Below are positions 35,001 through 48,475 of a stretch of DNA of 64,000 bases, piece after piece (the first letter of the stretch is position 1; every line of letters starts with the position of its first letter). The position numbers and the translations under genes are program-made. Source of the stretch: Monocercomonoides exilis PA203 (Eukaryota > Protista > Preaxostyla); NCBI GenBank assembly GCA_001643675.2, contig LSRY02000007.1, positions 930,001 through 994,000 on the forward strand, given 5' to 3'. The notes under the pieces are model-generated. The model did no database searches, had not been told where the DNA came from, and saw only the letters and a list, made by a program, of their open reading frames with translations.

Positions 35001-38000
35001 TAATTCTAACTCCTCCAATTCTTATTCGAATTCTGTTATATCTTCACCATCACCACCACCATCATCATCATCATCAACTTCTTCTTCTTCTTCTTCTTCT
35101 TCTTTCTCTTCTACAACAACGCCAACATGTTCCTCTTCTTCCTCTTCTCATTCTGATTCTTCTTCTCTGTACTTCTCTCCAATCCAAACACCAACATCAA
35201 CCAGAACACTCACAAAGAATGAAACTTCACTTCCATTTTTGTCTTCTTCTGCTCTTCAAACAACATTTACCAGATCTCCAATATCATCATTAAGAGAAGG
35301 AGGAGAAGAAAAAGAAGAAGGAAGAGAAGGAAAAGAAGGAAGAGAAGGAAAAGAAGAAGAAGATATAAACAAAGGAAAAGCAAAAATTCAAACAGAAATA
35401 AAAGAAGAAGAAGATATACTTTCATCACATTCTTCTTCTTCTTCTTTGAATGGAGAAGTTAAAACACCTTCATTGAATCAAGGACAGAACAGAAGGTTTG
35501 TGTTGTTGGAAGATGGCTCGTTAACACCCATTCAGAAGGAAAATGATGACAAATGTGATGATAAAGGAAAGGTGAATTCTTCTTCCTCTTCTTCTTCTTC
35601 CTCTCAAAAAGATTCTTCTTCAAAGAAAAAGAATTCAAATGCTAAGACTGAGCTGAATGCAATGGCATCAAAGAAAGCTTCTTCTTCTTCTCCTCCTTCC
35701 TCTTCTTCCTCTTCTTCCTCTTCTTCCTCTTCCTCTTCCTCCCCATCAACCATCTCTTCCTCCAAGCTTTCCATCAAAGCCAAACCTTTTTCCTTGAAAG
35801 CAAAGCCATTTGTCCCAAAATTTGCAGTGGGTTCTGCTCAAAAACAGCATCAAAACAAATCAGAAAGCCAGCAAATGCAAATGCAGATGCAAATGAATCC
35901 TGCTATTCTTCAAACAACATTACCTTCACAAAATACACTAAACACACAAAATACACAAAACTTGCAAAATTCATCGAGTTCTCAAAATTCTGTTAACTCT
36001 GCTTCTGCTTCTTCTGCTTCTTCTTCTTCTTCTTCTTCTTCTTTGTCAACAGCTGTACCGCTTCATCCATCTGCTCCGCCTCTCATTCAGATGTCTCCTT
36101 CTTCCTCTTCCTCTTCCTCCTCTTCCTCATCCTCATCCTCTTCTTCTTCCAATCCCTCAAATACTTCCTCTTCCTCCTCCTCTTCCAAATTATCTCTTCT
36201 CCACTCTCGTCCTCCTCTCCCCAAGCGTATTCCTTCCTCCCAGTCAAAATTCCCCCACACCCGCCCTCTCCCAATGACCATCCCTTCGTCCACTCTTGTT
36301 CCTCCTCCGACAAACCCTTCTCTTTTGCTTCATTCTTCTCCGCAGACTCAAATTCAGTCACAAATGCAAAATCAAATACAAACAATAATGCAAATACAAA
36401 ATCAAATGCAAAATCAAATGCAAAATCAAATGCAAATACAACCTCAGATTCAGATTCCTATTCAGAATCAATCTCAATCTCAGAGTCAAAATCAAAATCA
36501 AAATCAAACACAAGTTCAAAATCAAATGCATTCTCGATCTAATCAGAAGAGTGATGATAACTTGTCATCGAGCAGTAGTGGTTCGCAAGCAGTGACAACT
36601 CATTCTTCTGATTTGAAGAATGAATTGGGTGATAATTCTTCATCTTCTGCTTCTTCTTCTTCTATTGCTTCTTCTAATGAGGATAATAATAATAATGCTA
36701 ATAATAAATCATCTGATTCAGTTTTAGATACTTCATTGAATCAAACTTCACCAGCAGCTCATTCATCACCAACTCATAATGCCGCTTCTGATACAAACAC
36801 TAATACAACTTCTTCTTCCTCTTCCTCTTCTTCTTCTTCCTCTTCCAATCCACCCTCAGCTCCTCGCTCTCTCCTTCCCAAGCCCTCTGACTATCACTCC
36901 ATCCCTTCCTGTGTGCCCATCCTCCCTCGCCTCCACCTCCCCTCTCAAAATCACCCTCATTCTGCTCCGTCCTTCGCTCCTCCTCCAATTTCGGCTTCTC
37001 ATTCATTGTCTTCATCATCTTCTTCTTCTTCTAATTCTTCTTCTTCAGATGAAAGTCAAATGAGTAACCAGAATGAAACTGATAGAGACAATACAACTGT
37101 TGGATTACCAGTACATCAGCACATGCCTCTTCCTCATATCATCCCTTCTTCTTCTTCTTCTTCTTCTTCTGATTATAAACAGCATTCTGCTCCAATTCTG
37201 AATTCTTCTTCTTCTTCTTCTCTGCCTTTTTCTTTGACTTCTTCTAATTCTTCTTCAAATTCACAGCCTTCTTCTTCTGCTTCTGCTTCTTCAAATTTTG
37301 ATGCCTTTTCTCCTCTTCTGTTTCCTTACACCCCCAAAATGCATCCCATTTCCTCTTCTTCTATTTCTCCTTCATCCTCTTCACCTTCTCCTTCCCCATC
37401 TCCTTCATCATCATCATCATCTTCTTCTTCTTCTTCTTCTTCTTATCTTTACAATGAACAAGATGCAAATATCACTCAATCTGATATTCCGGCACCCTTA
37501 TCAATGCAATCACACCCACCAATCATGCCTATTACATCATCCCAATATAATCAGCGATTAAATCAAGCCAATTGGTTCAATCAGTCCAATGAACAACAAA
37601 TGCAACAACAACAACTGCTTCTAAACTCCTCTCAAATACAACTACAGCCACAAACACAGTCTCCTTTCATTCAACAGCCCATCCCACAATTCCCCCCTTC
37701 GGCCGCACTTTTTCCGGCACCAATTAATTCCGCTGCCGGCAATTATAATTCTATTATTAATTATTCCGGCGCACCTGCCATAACCGGAAATGTTGGGTCT
37801 TCTCAACTTCCTGTTTATTTTCCTCCTTCGTTGTTGCCTTCTCAGCAGTTTCCTCAAATCTCTTCTTCCTCTTCATCATCTTCTTCCTCTTCTTCCTCTT
37901 ATTCCCAGTTCCCTTCTTCTCTCCCTTCTTTCTCCTCCTCCTCTTCCTCTTCCTCTTCCTCTACTTCCCATTCTTCACCCATTTCCACTGCTTTTTCTCC

Positions 38001-38781
38001 TTCCACTTCTCAGTCGCTGGCCAATCTGCCTCGTCAACCTTCTCTCACTCCTCAATTTCAGTTCCCTGCTGCCTCTCTCTCTTTGACTAATCTTGCTCTT
38101 CCTTCTGATGCTAATCCTTCTAATTCTTCTAATATGCCTACGAATTTTTATGATTCATCATTGAATTCTTCTTCCTCTTCCTCTTCTTCTTCTTCTTCTT
38201 TATATCCTTCTTATCCCTCTTCTTCTTCTTCCTATTCTTCTTCTTCTTCCTCTTCCTCTTCCTCTTCCTTTTCTCCTTCTGTTTATGCCTCAAACACTGC
38301 CTCAGCTTCTTCTTCTGCCTCTTCCTCCAATGCCTCATCTTCCTTCTCTTCTCTCTATTCTTCCCCTTATTTCTCCTCTGACAACTCTTCTTCTTCTTCT
38401 TCCCCTTCTCAATCTCCTCCTTCTTCCTCTGCTTATTCTCAGTCTTCAGGCACTTCTTCTGCGTCTTCCACAACCTCCCCTACCCCTCTTTCTTCTTCTC
38501 TTTCTTCTTCTCCTTCTCTCTCTCTTTCTTCTCATTCTTCTATTTCTTCCTCTTCCTCTTCCTCTTCTTCTTCTTCTTCTTCTTCTCCATCTTCTTCTCC
38601 CACTCTTGATTCAAGTTCTTCTATTTCTCCTATTTCTCGCACTTCTTCTTCTTCTATGTCTTCTTCTTCCTCCTCCTCCTCCTCTGCTTCTTCCATTTCT
38701 GCCAAATTTTCTTCTTCCTCCTCTTCTTCTTCTTTTGTTCCTGATTTATCTCATTCCTTAACTGCTTCTTCTTCTCCATCA

Positions 38782-38812
<31 letters not shown>

Positions 38813-39480
38813 CTTCTTCTTCTTCTTCTTCTTCTTCTTCTTCTTCTTCTTCTATCCAACCTCCCCTCAACAACAGCAACAATAACAACATTCTCCCTCA
38901 GTCTCTTTCTCCTCCTGCTTATCTCAGCTCAAATCTTGTCTCTTCTCAGCAGCTGAGCCATTCTTTGCCTTCTTATCATTCAGAATTGATGGAAAGAAAG
39001 GGAAACAGAAGAAGCAATGCTGGAACTGCTTCTGGCAATGAAAATGGTTCTTCTCGATTGTCTAATGAACCTTTATCTTCTTCCTCTTCATCTTCATCGT
39101 CTTCTTCTTCTGCTTTAACTTCATCTTCATCGTCTTCTTCTTCTTCTTCTGCTTCAACTACATCATCATCACCTTCTTCTTCTTCTTCCTCTTCCTCTTC
39201 CTCTTCCTCTTCCTCTTCCTCTCACCCCTTCTTCTCAGACAACTACAAATTCCCTGATCTTCTCTCTGATTCCCCCTTCGTCACGCTCACTTTATCACCT
39301 CCCCCTTCTTCTTCTTCTTCTTCTTCTTCTCTTCCCTTTCCTCCTCCTCCTTCCTCATCTCAATCCGCTCAATCTGCTCAATCTAATCAGTCAATTCTGC
39401 CATTTGTGTTAACTCCAACAAGAAATATGCAACAAGAACAGATTAATAGTGATGCTACATTGATGATGACACCTCTTTCT

Positions 39481-39512
<32 letters not shown>

Positions 39513-42401
39513 TTCTTCTTCTTCTTCTTCTTCTTCTAATCCTTCTTCTTCTTTCTCCTCTTCCTCTTCCTCTCCTTCTCCTTCCTCCTCCCTCACTTAT
39601 CCAACCAATCTCATCCCAATCACTCCTCCTTCTTCTGTCTTCTCGTCTTCCACTCTGTGGCCTCTTGCTGCCTCTTCTCCTATTGCTCCTGTTGCTCCTC
39701 TGAATAACCTCAGAAATGTTGAAGAGAATCCATACAGTTCTGTGATAAATGTAGATACTTTGTCTTCTTCTTCCTCTTTTGATTCTTCTTCTCTTTCTGC
39801 TTCATCATCATCATCTTCTTCTTCTTCTTCTTCAAAATCTTCCTTTTCTCAAATGAATTCTGATTCAAATACAAATTTAGAATCGAATTTGAAATTAGAT
39901 TTGAAATTATTGAATCAAATGCATCATTTCTTCAATAGCCTCTTCATAATAATCTTCATCATCAACAGCATATTCATCGTCATCACAATCATTTACTTTC
40001 TTCTTCTTCACATAAACTGCAGAAGTACAGACGCCATCGCCACCTCAACGAAAACGAGGAAGAAGAGCATTCAATGACACAATTGAGTGAATGGAACAAG
40101 AAGAAGGAGGAAGAAGAGAAAGAGAAAGAGGAGGAAAAGGAGAAAGAGGAGAAGGAAAAAGAGAAGGAGAAAGAGAAAGAAAATGAGAAAGAAAATGAGA
40201 AAGAAAATGATAACGACAATGAAACTGAGAAGAAGAAATCAAACAAGAAGAATAAGAGAAGGAGGAATAAAAAGAACAAGAACAAGAATAAAAGCAAGAA
40301 CAATAACAAAAGCAATAATAATAACGATAACAAGATAACTGACAATAACGACCTCTCTATCAACAATATCCCATCCAATCTTCCCTTTGAAGATTCCCAT
40401 CCATCCGCTGATCTCATAGCCAAGCCCTCAAAACACCATCTTTTTGACACATTCGATCCATTTCTGTTTGATCCCTTTGCCATTGACTCCATTCAGAGCT
40501 ATCCGCCACTCTCGTTTATGCCAGCAGATGATGATGAGATTAATAACGAGTATAATAATAATAATAATAATAATAATGAATATGGATTTGGATTTGGATA
40601 TGGATATGGATATAGAAAAGGATATGGAATTGGTGAGAGAGAGGGAAATGAAGGTGATGATATATTCTCTCTCTATCGCTCGCATGTGGATAACTCTGGA
40701 TATTCTGAGCAATTCCAGCAACAACAACAACAACTTCAACCTCCTCGCTTTCTTTCTCCCTTTTCTGCTATTGATGCATCTTCATCTGCTTCATCATTAT
40801 CTTCTTCTTCTTCCTCCTCCTCTTCTGCAATGTCTTTCTCTTCCTATCTTCAATCCGCTGCTCCTTCCTTAGCTCATTCTTCTCCTTTCTCTTTTAATTC
40901 TTCTTCTTCCTCTTCCTCTTCCTCCTCCTCCTCCTCTTATCCTTTTTCTTCTTCTTCCTCTTCCTCCTCCTCTTCTTCTTATCCTTCTTCTTCTTCTTCC
41001 TCTGCCCCTTCCTCATCATCCACCATCTCTTCTGCCTCCCTCTCTCTTTCCTCTCCCTCCCTCTCTCCTTTCACATACGAGTCGTTCTCTTCCCCTTCTA
41101 CTGGCTATTACACCACCACCGCCACCACCACCACCACCCCTCCTTCTTCCTCCAGCCCTATGCGTTCTTCTTCTTCTCCTTCTCTTCCTTCCCTTCCTTC
41201 CCTTCCCCCTCTTCCTCCTCCGATCTCTTCTTCTTCTTCTCCTTTCCCTTCTTCCTCCTCCTCTTCTTCTTCTTCTTCCTCTGCCTTCATCACTAAAGGC
41301 TCTCTTCATAATCAACATCTTCCTCATCTTCCTCATCTCCCTCCTCCTCCTCCTCTCCATCGCATATCTCCAAATGAACAGCCTCTTTCTCTTCTTCCTC
41401 TTTATGAAGAAGAATTAAATGACAAATTGTTAGAGGCAAAATTCTACTTCCATGCAACCAGACCGATCTTATCTCCTCCTCTTCCTCCTCTTCCTTTGGA
41501 TTCTTCTTCTTCTTCTTCTTCTCTTTCTGCTTCTTCTTCTTCTTCATTTGCTCATTCTCTTCCTCCTCCACCACCTTCTCATCTGTCTCTTCCTCTTCCA
41601 CTTTCATCCCCTTCTCTATCATCATCTTCTCCTTCTTCCTCCTCCTCCTCTTTTCCTTCTTCTTCTTCTTCTTCTTCTTCTTCTTCTTCTTCTTCTTCTT
41701 CTCTTTCTCCATCACCTCTGAATCTAATCTCTCCTTCTTTCGCTCAAACTCCACAAAAACCAGATAAAAACTCTTCTCAACTTGCTCATTCGCCTTTCTC
41801 TTTGGATGTTTCAGATGCAAATGATAAAAATGAAGCATTAAAATTAGAAGAGAATAAAAACATGACTCAAATGAATGAGTTTAATTTATCTCCATTGCAA
41901 TCAACAAATTGTGTGCAAGATACATTCTCTGCTTTATCGTCAGCTTCTTCTTCGAATTCTTCTTCTCTTTCTTCTTCTTCCATTTCCTCTTCTTCTTCCT
42001 CTTCCTCTTCATCAACATCATCACATTCAGATAAGATAGACAAAATTGACACAGAAAATGATACCAGAAATGACAATGATAAATGCATAAGTCAAAATAT
42101 CTACAAAATAAATGAAGAGTCTGTTGAACCGCCTGTTCCTTTGGCTTTTGATCAGATGAATAATGATGCTTCTTCTTCTGCTTCTGCTTCTGCTTCTGCT
42201 TCTTCTCAGAAAAAAGAAAATTCTTCTTCTTCCTCTTCCTCTTCTTCCTCTTCTTCCTCTTCTTCCTCTTCTCCATTTACAACTCCTACAAAATCAACTC
42301 CAACTTCAATTCCATCTGATGATAATCTGTCTTCTCCTCAGACATCAACTAGTATTCCTTCTAATGCTTCATCTTCTGCTTCATCTTCAAATGCTGCTTC
42401 C

Positions 42402-42432
<31 letters not shown>

Positions 42433-42606
42433 TCCCTTTTGCTTCTCTTCCTTCATCATCATCATCTTCTTCTTCTTCTTCTTCTTCTTCTTCTTCATTT
42501 CCCTTCCGCCGTATCACTCTCTGGCGCTTCCATGGCTTAAACATCCTTCTCAGCACAGACAAAGTACTCACAACAGAACCTGTTGGAATGAGACAGCATA
42601 CGAATA

Positions 42607-42637
<31 letters not shown>

Positions 42638-43862
42638 TCAAGCAAATGGAGAAGAGAAGGAAGAGAAGGAAAAGAAAGATGAAAAAGAAGAAAATGTGAA
42701 AGATGATAAAACAAAGCACAAACAAAGTGATGCTGCGAATAGAAAGAATTCATTGGATGGCTCGTCGGCTGCAATGGTTGTATCATCGCCAGCATCTTCA
42801 ACAACAACAACAACTTCTTCTTCTTCTTCTTCCACTTCCTCTTCTCATGTTAATTCTTCTTCTTCCTCTTCTTCCTCTTCCTCTTCCTCTTCTTCTCTCA
42901 TCCCCTCCATCCTCCTGCAGCTCCTAGACATCACCAAGCCTTTGTCCACCCATTCTCTCCTCAATCTCTTTCTCGATGCTGTTCTGTCTAATGCTCAGCA
43001 TACTGCCTTGTTTATGCATCAGTTTGGAGTGCTGAAGCATGTGAGAGTGTTGTCAACAGGAGAAATGAAAGGGGTGGTGGAGTCTTTGCCGATTCCGGGG
43101 AGAGGGAGAGGAAGGAGAGAAGGGAAAGAAGGAGAAAGAGGAGAAAAAGAAAGAGGAGAAGAAGAAGAAAATCCAGTGCAACATCTTTCTCTCTCTCTGT
43201 TTCTGTCGACAGGGGCGTCAGTGATGAGATGGCTGGTGTCTGTGTGCAGCCAGAGGAAGACGCATTCGCAGGCACATGTGGAGAATATGAGGAATACTCA
43301 CTTGCTGACACCTCCAGAAGAGAAAGAGAAAGAGAAAGAGAAGAAGGAGGAGGAGGAGAGGAAAGAGGAGAAGGAAAGGGGGAAAGAAGTGGAGGGAAAA
43401 GAGAAAGGGGATGGGGTTGAGGTGAAAACTGGAGAAGAGGTTTTTTCTTCTTCCTCTTCTGTTAATGATACTTTTAGTGCAAATGCAAAAGAATCTTCTG
43501 CTTCTTCTACTTCTGCTTCATCTGATAACAGCAACCCCACTCAAAATAATTCATCATCATCATCATCGTCATCTGCATCAGATAGCATAGCAGTCTTCTG
43601 GGTGTTAAAGTCCTCAGGCTCGAGAGAAGTCGAAGTTTATGATGTGTTTGATATTGTTCTGTGGATGGAGGCGCAAAGGAGGAGGAAAGCAGAAGTGATG
43701 AAGAGGAAGCAGGAGATGAGGAAGAGGAGGATGGAGAGGAGAATGAGGCAGCATTACAGAAGGACATGGCATGGGAATGGGAATAGACTTAATCCACCAG
43801 AGGAGAAGAGAGGGAGAGAAGGAGGAGGAGGAGAAGGAAAAGGAGAAGAAAGAGGAGCATAA
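32050..43862 (+). CDS. EDRF1: EDRF1 (erythroid differentiation-related factor 1) N-terminal-domain homologue, massively expanded with poly-Ser/Glu/Gln/Asn; two ORFs separated by one frameshift or intron near 39940
   Basis: Seven collinear blocks match recalled EDRF1 motifs: TNLHKPPSHWL; VDLIASATAIKQLF..VRIGSLLF; LLEAKFYFH; FRRITLWRFHGLNILLS; LLDITKPLS..LFLDAVLSN..MHQFGV; GASVMRWLVSVCS; FWVLKSSGSREVEVYD. Confidence 0.8.
33715..42895 (+). repeat. Dense (TCT/TCC/TCA)n microsatellite tracts (poly-Ser) interspersed with (GAA/GAG)n and (AAT)n tracts within the EDRF1-like CDS
   Basis: Directly visible, for example a near-pure (TCT)n run at ~38785-38853 and (AAT)n at ~40553 and ~42612. Confidence 0.95.
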
Positions 43863-44740
43863 GGATTAGAGGAAAGAAGGGGAAGGGAAGAGAGAAAGAG
43901 AAAGGAGAAAGAGAAAAAAAAAAAAAAAAAAAAAAGAGAGAGAGAGAGAGAGGAAAGAGAGGAAATAATGTGAAAGGAAATTAAATGAAAGAGAGAGAGA
44001 ATATGACTTCTGTTCAGAAAGTGGTGAGTGAATCTGAAATTATTTATTGGGAAGCTATGGAGGAAATTGAGATGATATAGCTGCATATATAGTAATAATA
44101 ATGATTACTATTACTATTATTATTATTTCTTTTTTCTAATATTTTCTATTATATTTCGTAATTACAATTCCCATTGACTCAATAATGGCAAAAAAAGAAG
44201 AAAACGCCTAACAGTCTTTGCGTGTCTGTATTTTTTTGGATCATTTTTGAGATTGCTTATAATTTTTTTGTAGCTTATTTCATTTTATTTATTTATTTAT
44301 TTTAAATTTTTTATTTTGATGAAACATTCGATTAATCTACATCTGAATTTTGTCGTTTTTGAAGTTTCTTTTCAAATATACATATGTATATACCATCTTT
44401 TCATTGTTCATTTTAAAATTAAATTATTATTCATCTCATTTTTGATTATCCATTCGTCTTTATATTTTCAAAGCATCCATTTTATTTTCAATATTTAAAA
44501 AAATAGTTATTTTAAGTTTGAGATTATCCTTCATTTCAATAATTAATCATTCGCAACTTTTATTTTAATTTTTTATTTTATCATATCCGAAGGTTTATTT
44601 TCATTTTTAAATCTTTTCACAAAAATACTTTTAAAATTTTTGATCATAAAATTATTTGCACTAAAGATTATTTAAGATGTTACGAACACATAAACTAAAC
44701 CTCAAGTTCATTAGTGAATCCTCGGTCCTTTTACCCTATT

Positions 44741-45412
44741 ATGTCGAATCGTTTGTTTGTCGGAAACCTTAGCTTCAACACCACCGCTGAATCTCTTGGA
44801 AAATTGTTCGAAACTGCTGGTGAGGTTCTCGAAGCAGTTATTATTTCTCGAGGGACAAGATCTCTTGGATATGGCTTCGTTAACATGAAGGACAATGCCA
44901 CAGCCGTTGCAGCAATTGAAAAATTGAACAACACCGATCTTGATGGAAGACAAATTAGAATTGAGTTGTCAAAGTCCGAACCAAGAGCTCCAAGATCCAG
45001 AGGAACTGATGCTCCAAGAGGATCATTCGGCGCAAGAGGACGTGGTGCAAGAAGATTTGGTGGCAGAGGCTTTGGTTTCGGTGGCCCACGCAGACCCCGT
45101 GCCCCTCGCGCTCCACGTGCCCCACGTGACCCAAATGCACCAGTTTCAAAAACTCGTGTGTACATCAACTCATTGCCATACAGACTCGATGAAGAAGGTT
45201 TGAAGAAAGCCTTCGAGGGGTATGCAGTGAAGGAAGCAATGATTATCCGCAACAGCTACGGCTCATCCCGCGGATATGGATTTGTTGAATTCGAAAATCA
45301 TGCTGAACAGGAAAGAGCTCTCAGAGAGAAAGCTTCCTTTGATCTTGATGGAAGAACCGTCTCCATTCAGGCCGCAATGGATCGTCCCGCTCCAGCTGAG
45401 CAGAAACAGTAG
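44741..45412 (+). CDS. RNA-binding protein with two RRM domains and an RG/RGG + (RAP)n linker, intronless
   Basis: RNP2 motifs LFVGNL and VYINSL; RNP1 motifs LGYGFVNM and RGYGFVEF. First ATG at 44741. Confidence 0.93.
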   Translation: MSNRLFVGNLSFNTTAESLGKLFETAGEVLEAVIISRGTRSLGYGFVNMKDNATAVAAIEKLNNTDLDGRQIRIELSKSEPRAPRSRGTDAPRGSFGARGRGARRFGGRGFGFGGPRRPRAPRAPRAPRDPNAPVSKTRVYINSLPYRLDEEGLKKAFEGYAVKEAMIIRNSYGSSRGYGFVEFENHAEQERALREKASFDLDGRTVSIQAAMDRPAPAEQKQ

Positions 45413-46192
45413 AGAAATTTTTAGAAACGATCTTTCTAAATCTTAATCTATTTTTTCTCTTAAATTAAATATTATCATTTCTTTTAAAAGGATATCGCAC
45501 AATTCAGTTTTTGGAGTACCAAGTATTTCATTCATCACTTCTGCTTAACTTCAAAAATAATATCCTCAAGAATCAGAATATTTTTTTTTCCTTCAAATAG
45601 ATCTTCTTGTTAATCATTTTTTGAAATTCAAAATTCTTATGAAATAAAAGGAAACATCAATGATAAGTTGTGTTATATCGAATTGTTATTTAAATGGTTG
45701 CAAGATAAGTTGAATTTTGAGCATTTGATGTTTAAGTTCAAGAATTTGTTGATCTTATTAGGATTTTTTTTCTCAATTAGAATTGTCCTTCAGTTATTTT
45801 TTGTGTTGCAAAACAAAATGAATTTCTTAAAAGGAATAATTTTCAAATTGATGAATAAAATGTGATTCTTCACCAATCGTCCAGCATTGAAAGAGAAAAC
45901 TCTGATATTCGAAAAAGAAAATCCTTTGAATAAAAAAAGTTCATATGTTGATTAAACACCGCGTTGTAATAAAGAAAAAGAGTGGTAAATCACTCAAATT
46001 CTGTCAAAAATTTTCGTAATTTGATAGAAAAAAAGACAATAAATAAATGGAAAAATATATTAACAAAATTCTAAAATACTAATAATATCATTCTTATATT
46101 TTCCTATTCCTCTTCTCGGTCTGTTTTGATTGCATATTTTTATTTATTCGATATTCTCTCTTTGAATATTTTTTCTTTTCTTCAATCAGCAA

Positions 46193-48475
46193 TTATTTCG
46201 ATCCATCATATTCCTCGTAGATTCGTCTTCTGTCATCAGTGATTTCCTTCAAATAAAACACCCCCTTTGAAAAGTATTTGTTCCAATTTGGTTCAAAACA
46301 GACATTTGCCACATTCGCATCTTGCGAAGTTGTGCTCCACCCAACTTTGTTGTAATACTTCTCACGTGAAGCCACAGCTGCTTTGAAGTCTACAAGCTCC
46401 ATCTCTTTCCTGTTTGCCAGAAGTTCATCGATGTGCGCCATTGACTGCAATAAAGAGTGAATAGTAAATGAATGGTTGCATTCTGGAAATGAATCAACAT
46501 AAGATGAGAGGGAAGGCGTTGATGGTTGAACAGAAGATGATGATGATGACGAAGGCAAGTCTGCATTCACTGAACAATGTGAAGCAGATTCTGAAGTTGA
46601 GATCGACGGCTTCCCAGACAGTTCAGCCTTCTCATTTACACGAATTGTCCACAGAGCGCTGACAAAGCCAGAGCCATACGAATAGCAGAGAACCCTCTTC
46701 ATCCTCCTCTTTTCAAGCTCAATTTCCTTTTTATTATCATCGTTTGTTCTGCTTTCCTTTGAAGTATCTTCTCTCAGCTTTGCAAGAGGATTCTCAATCT
46801 CCATCTGATTGTGCAGAAGCGAGGCAAGTGCAAAGAACACTGATGCAGTGTATGAGTTTCCAGTCTTTTTCGGAAGAAACGCAGATGGCATCACTTTCTC
46901 TTCAAATTCTGCGTCTTTCCGCTTCAGCATAGCGCTTGCAGCAACTTTGTATTCGTTGCTTTTTAATGTGTCGCTGAGACTCATTCCATCACAGCAGGAA
47001 AACTGAGGAATATGAAATGTGACAAAATGATTTAGAAAATAAATAGAATAAGCAAAGCAAAGAATAGTCATTTGCAGTTAAACAAAAAATATCATTTAAA
47101 CATTTTCAACTGAGATAAATCAAAGAGATTCATACTTCATCCCATTTGAGCTCTTTGCTGAAAGGCATTCCAGAATCAACCGAATCGCCAGATTGCGTCT
47201 GAAGCTGTATTTGAGAGTGCCTCTCCAAGAAAAGCAACCTTGAATAAGCTTTCTTCACCATCCCATGATACGGACTGTGGAATAAGAAATGACTGAATTG
47301 AGACAAGCTAAAAGGTGGTGGCTAAGAATAGTATTAAAGTTAAAACAAGTGAAATTTATGAGTTTGAAGCATGCACAAAATGCATGAAATACGACGAAAA
47401 TATTTTTTTTTTTCTTTAATTGATTAAGAATTTCTGTAAGTGCATCACACCTCTTTTTCACCTATTTTCTTGCAATGCATCCTCAATTCTTGAGTCTTCT
47501 GCTGCATGTTCTCGAAGCACAGGTCCAAGCCACGAAGATAACAGTTTAGAGAAAGAGGACCATTCACGACAGGATATTCATGAGAAGAGTCCGGCTTCCA
47601 AAAATCAAATTCGTCATCACATGCAAATGATCTTAATCCTTATATAAAATGTAGCGCCATCAAAAAAATTCAGATTTTTGCTTATTTGCAATCGTCTTTT
47701 CAAAATATTCCAAATAGCACACTCTCAATAACAAGTGGAGCATTTGGAGTGATTAGCATAGCTACAGCTCCTGCTCCTCCAGTTGGCTGCGCGGATTCAG
47801 ACTATTTTGCAATGTTTCAAAGCGAATTATATTCACATATTCAAAAAGAGAAAAGTCACAGACTGGTCCTCCATACAAAGCAACATCTGTTGCCACTGCA
47901 ATTGCATAGCCTCCGTGGATTGTAACATGGTCAACAGCGTTAAAAAGTGTTTCTGTTCCTCCGAAGCATGCGTTTGTTGAGTCCAGCCCCCTGATGTTCG
48001 GATTTCCATCAAATAATCTCATCAAAAAAGTTTTTATTGATTTTGAATGATCCACTCCCTGAATTTTTCTTATTAATAAATGCTCCAAAAGAAACTTCAT
48101 ACGCTTTCCGTGCCCACTCCTAAATAACTTATTGCTTTCGGATCCACTTTTGTCTTTTGCAGGAGTCGTTTTGTAACAGTTAATGCGAAAGACACTGCAT
48201 CTTCTTTTTCATCTGATTTTTGCAATGTTACAAAGCGTAAAATGTTTTATTGGTATGGTAAGTTTAATAACGAAAATCAATTATATGAATCAAGAGAAAT
48301 TTTATTATTAATTCAAAAAACCTGTAAAGCACATTCGTTCTTGACCTAAACCTTTTGTAAACTTGCCCTTATCTTCGGGAATTATTTCAAATTTCTGCAT
48401 ATCAATACATCGCTGGGGAAAATATAATTCTAGTGCAGAAATTCCAACATTTGGAAAGAATGAATAATCAATCAT
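46193..48475 (-). CDS. HMGCS: Hydroxymethylglutaryl-CoA synthase (mevalonate pathway), multi-exon
   Basis: Motifs NVGISALELYFP, GKFTKGLGQERM, VGTES..DHSKSIKT, NACFGGT (catalytic Cys), PTGGAGAVAML, FHSPY (catalytic His), GNSYTAS and SYGSG. First intron is 48321-48213; several more GT-AG introns were not all mapped. Confidence 0.95.

Noticed and set aside
39936-39938. TAG read as Gln (alternative code used by some oxymonads)
   Set aside because: TAA and TAG terminate well-defined genes here (RRM protein, HMG-CoA synthase), and the long ORFs contain no in-frame TAR codons.
32989-44086. Many short antisense or alternative-frame ORFs (poly-L, poly-K/R, poly-E)
   Set aside because: They are shadows of stop-poor TCT/GAA microsatellites within the EDRF1-like CDS.
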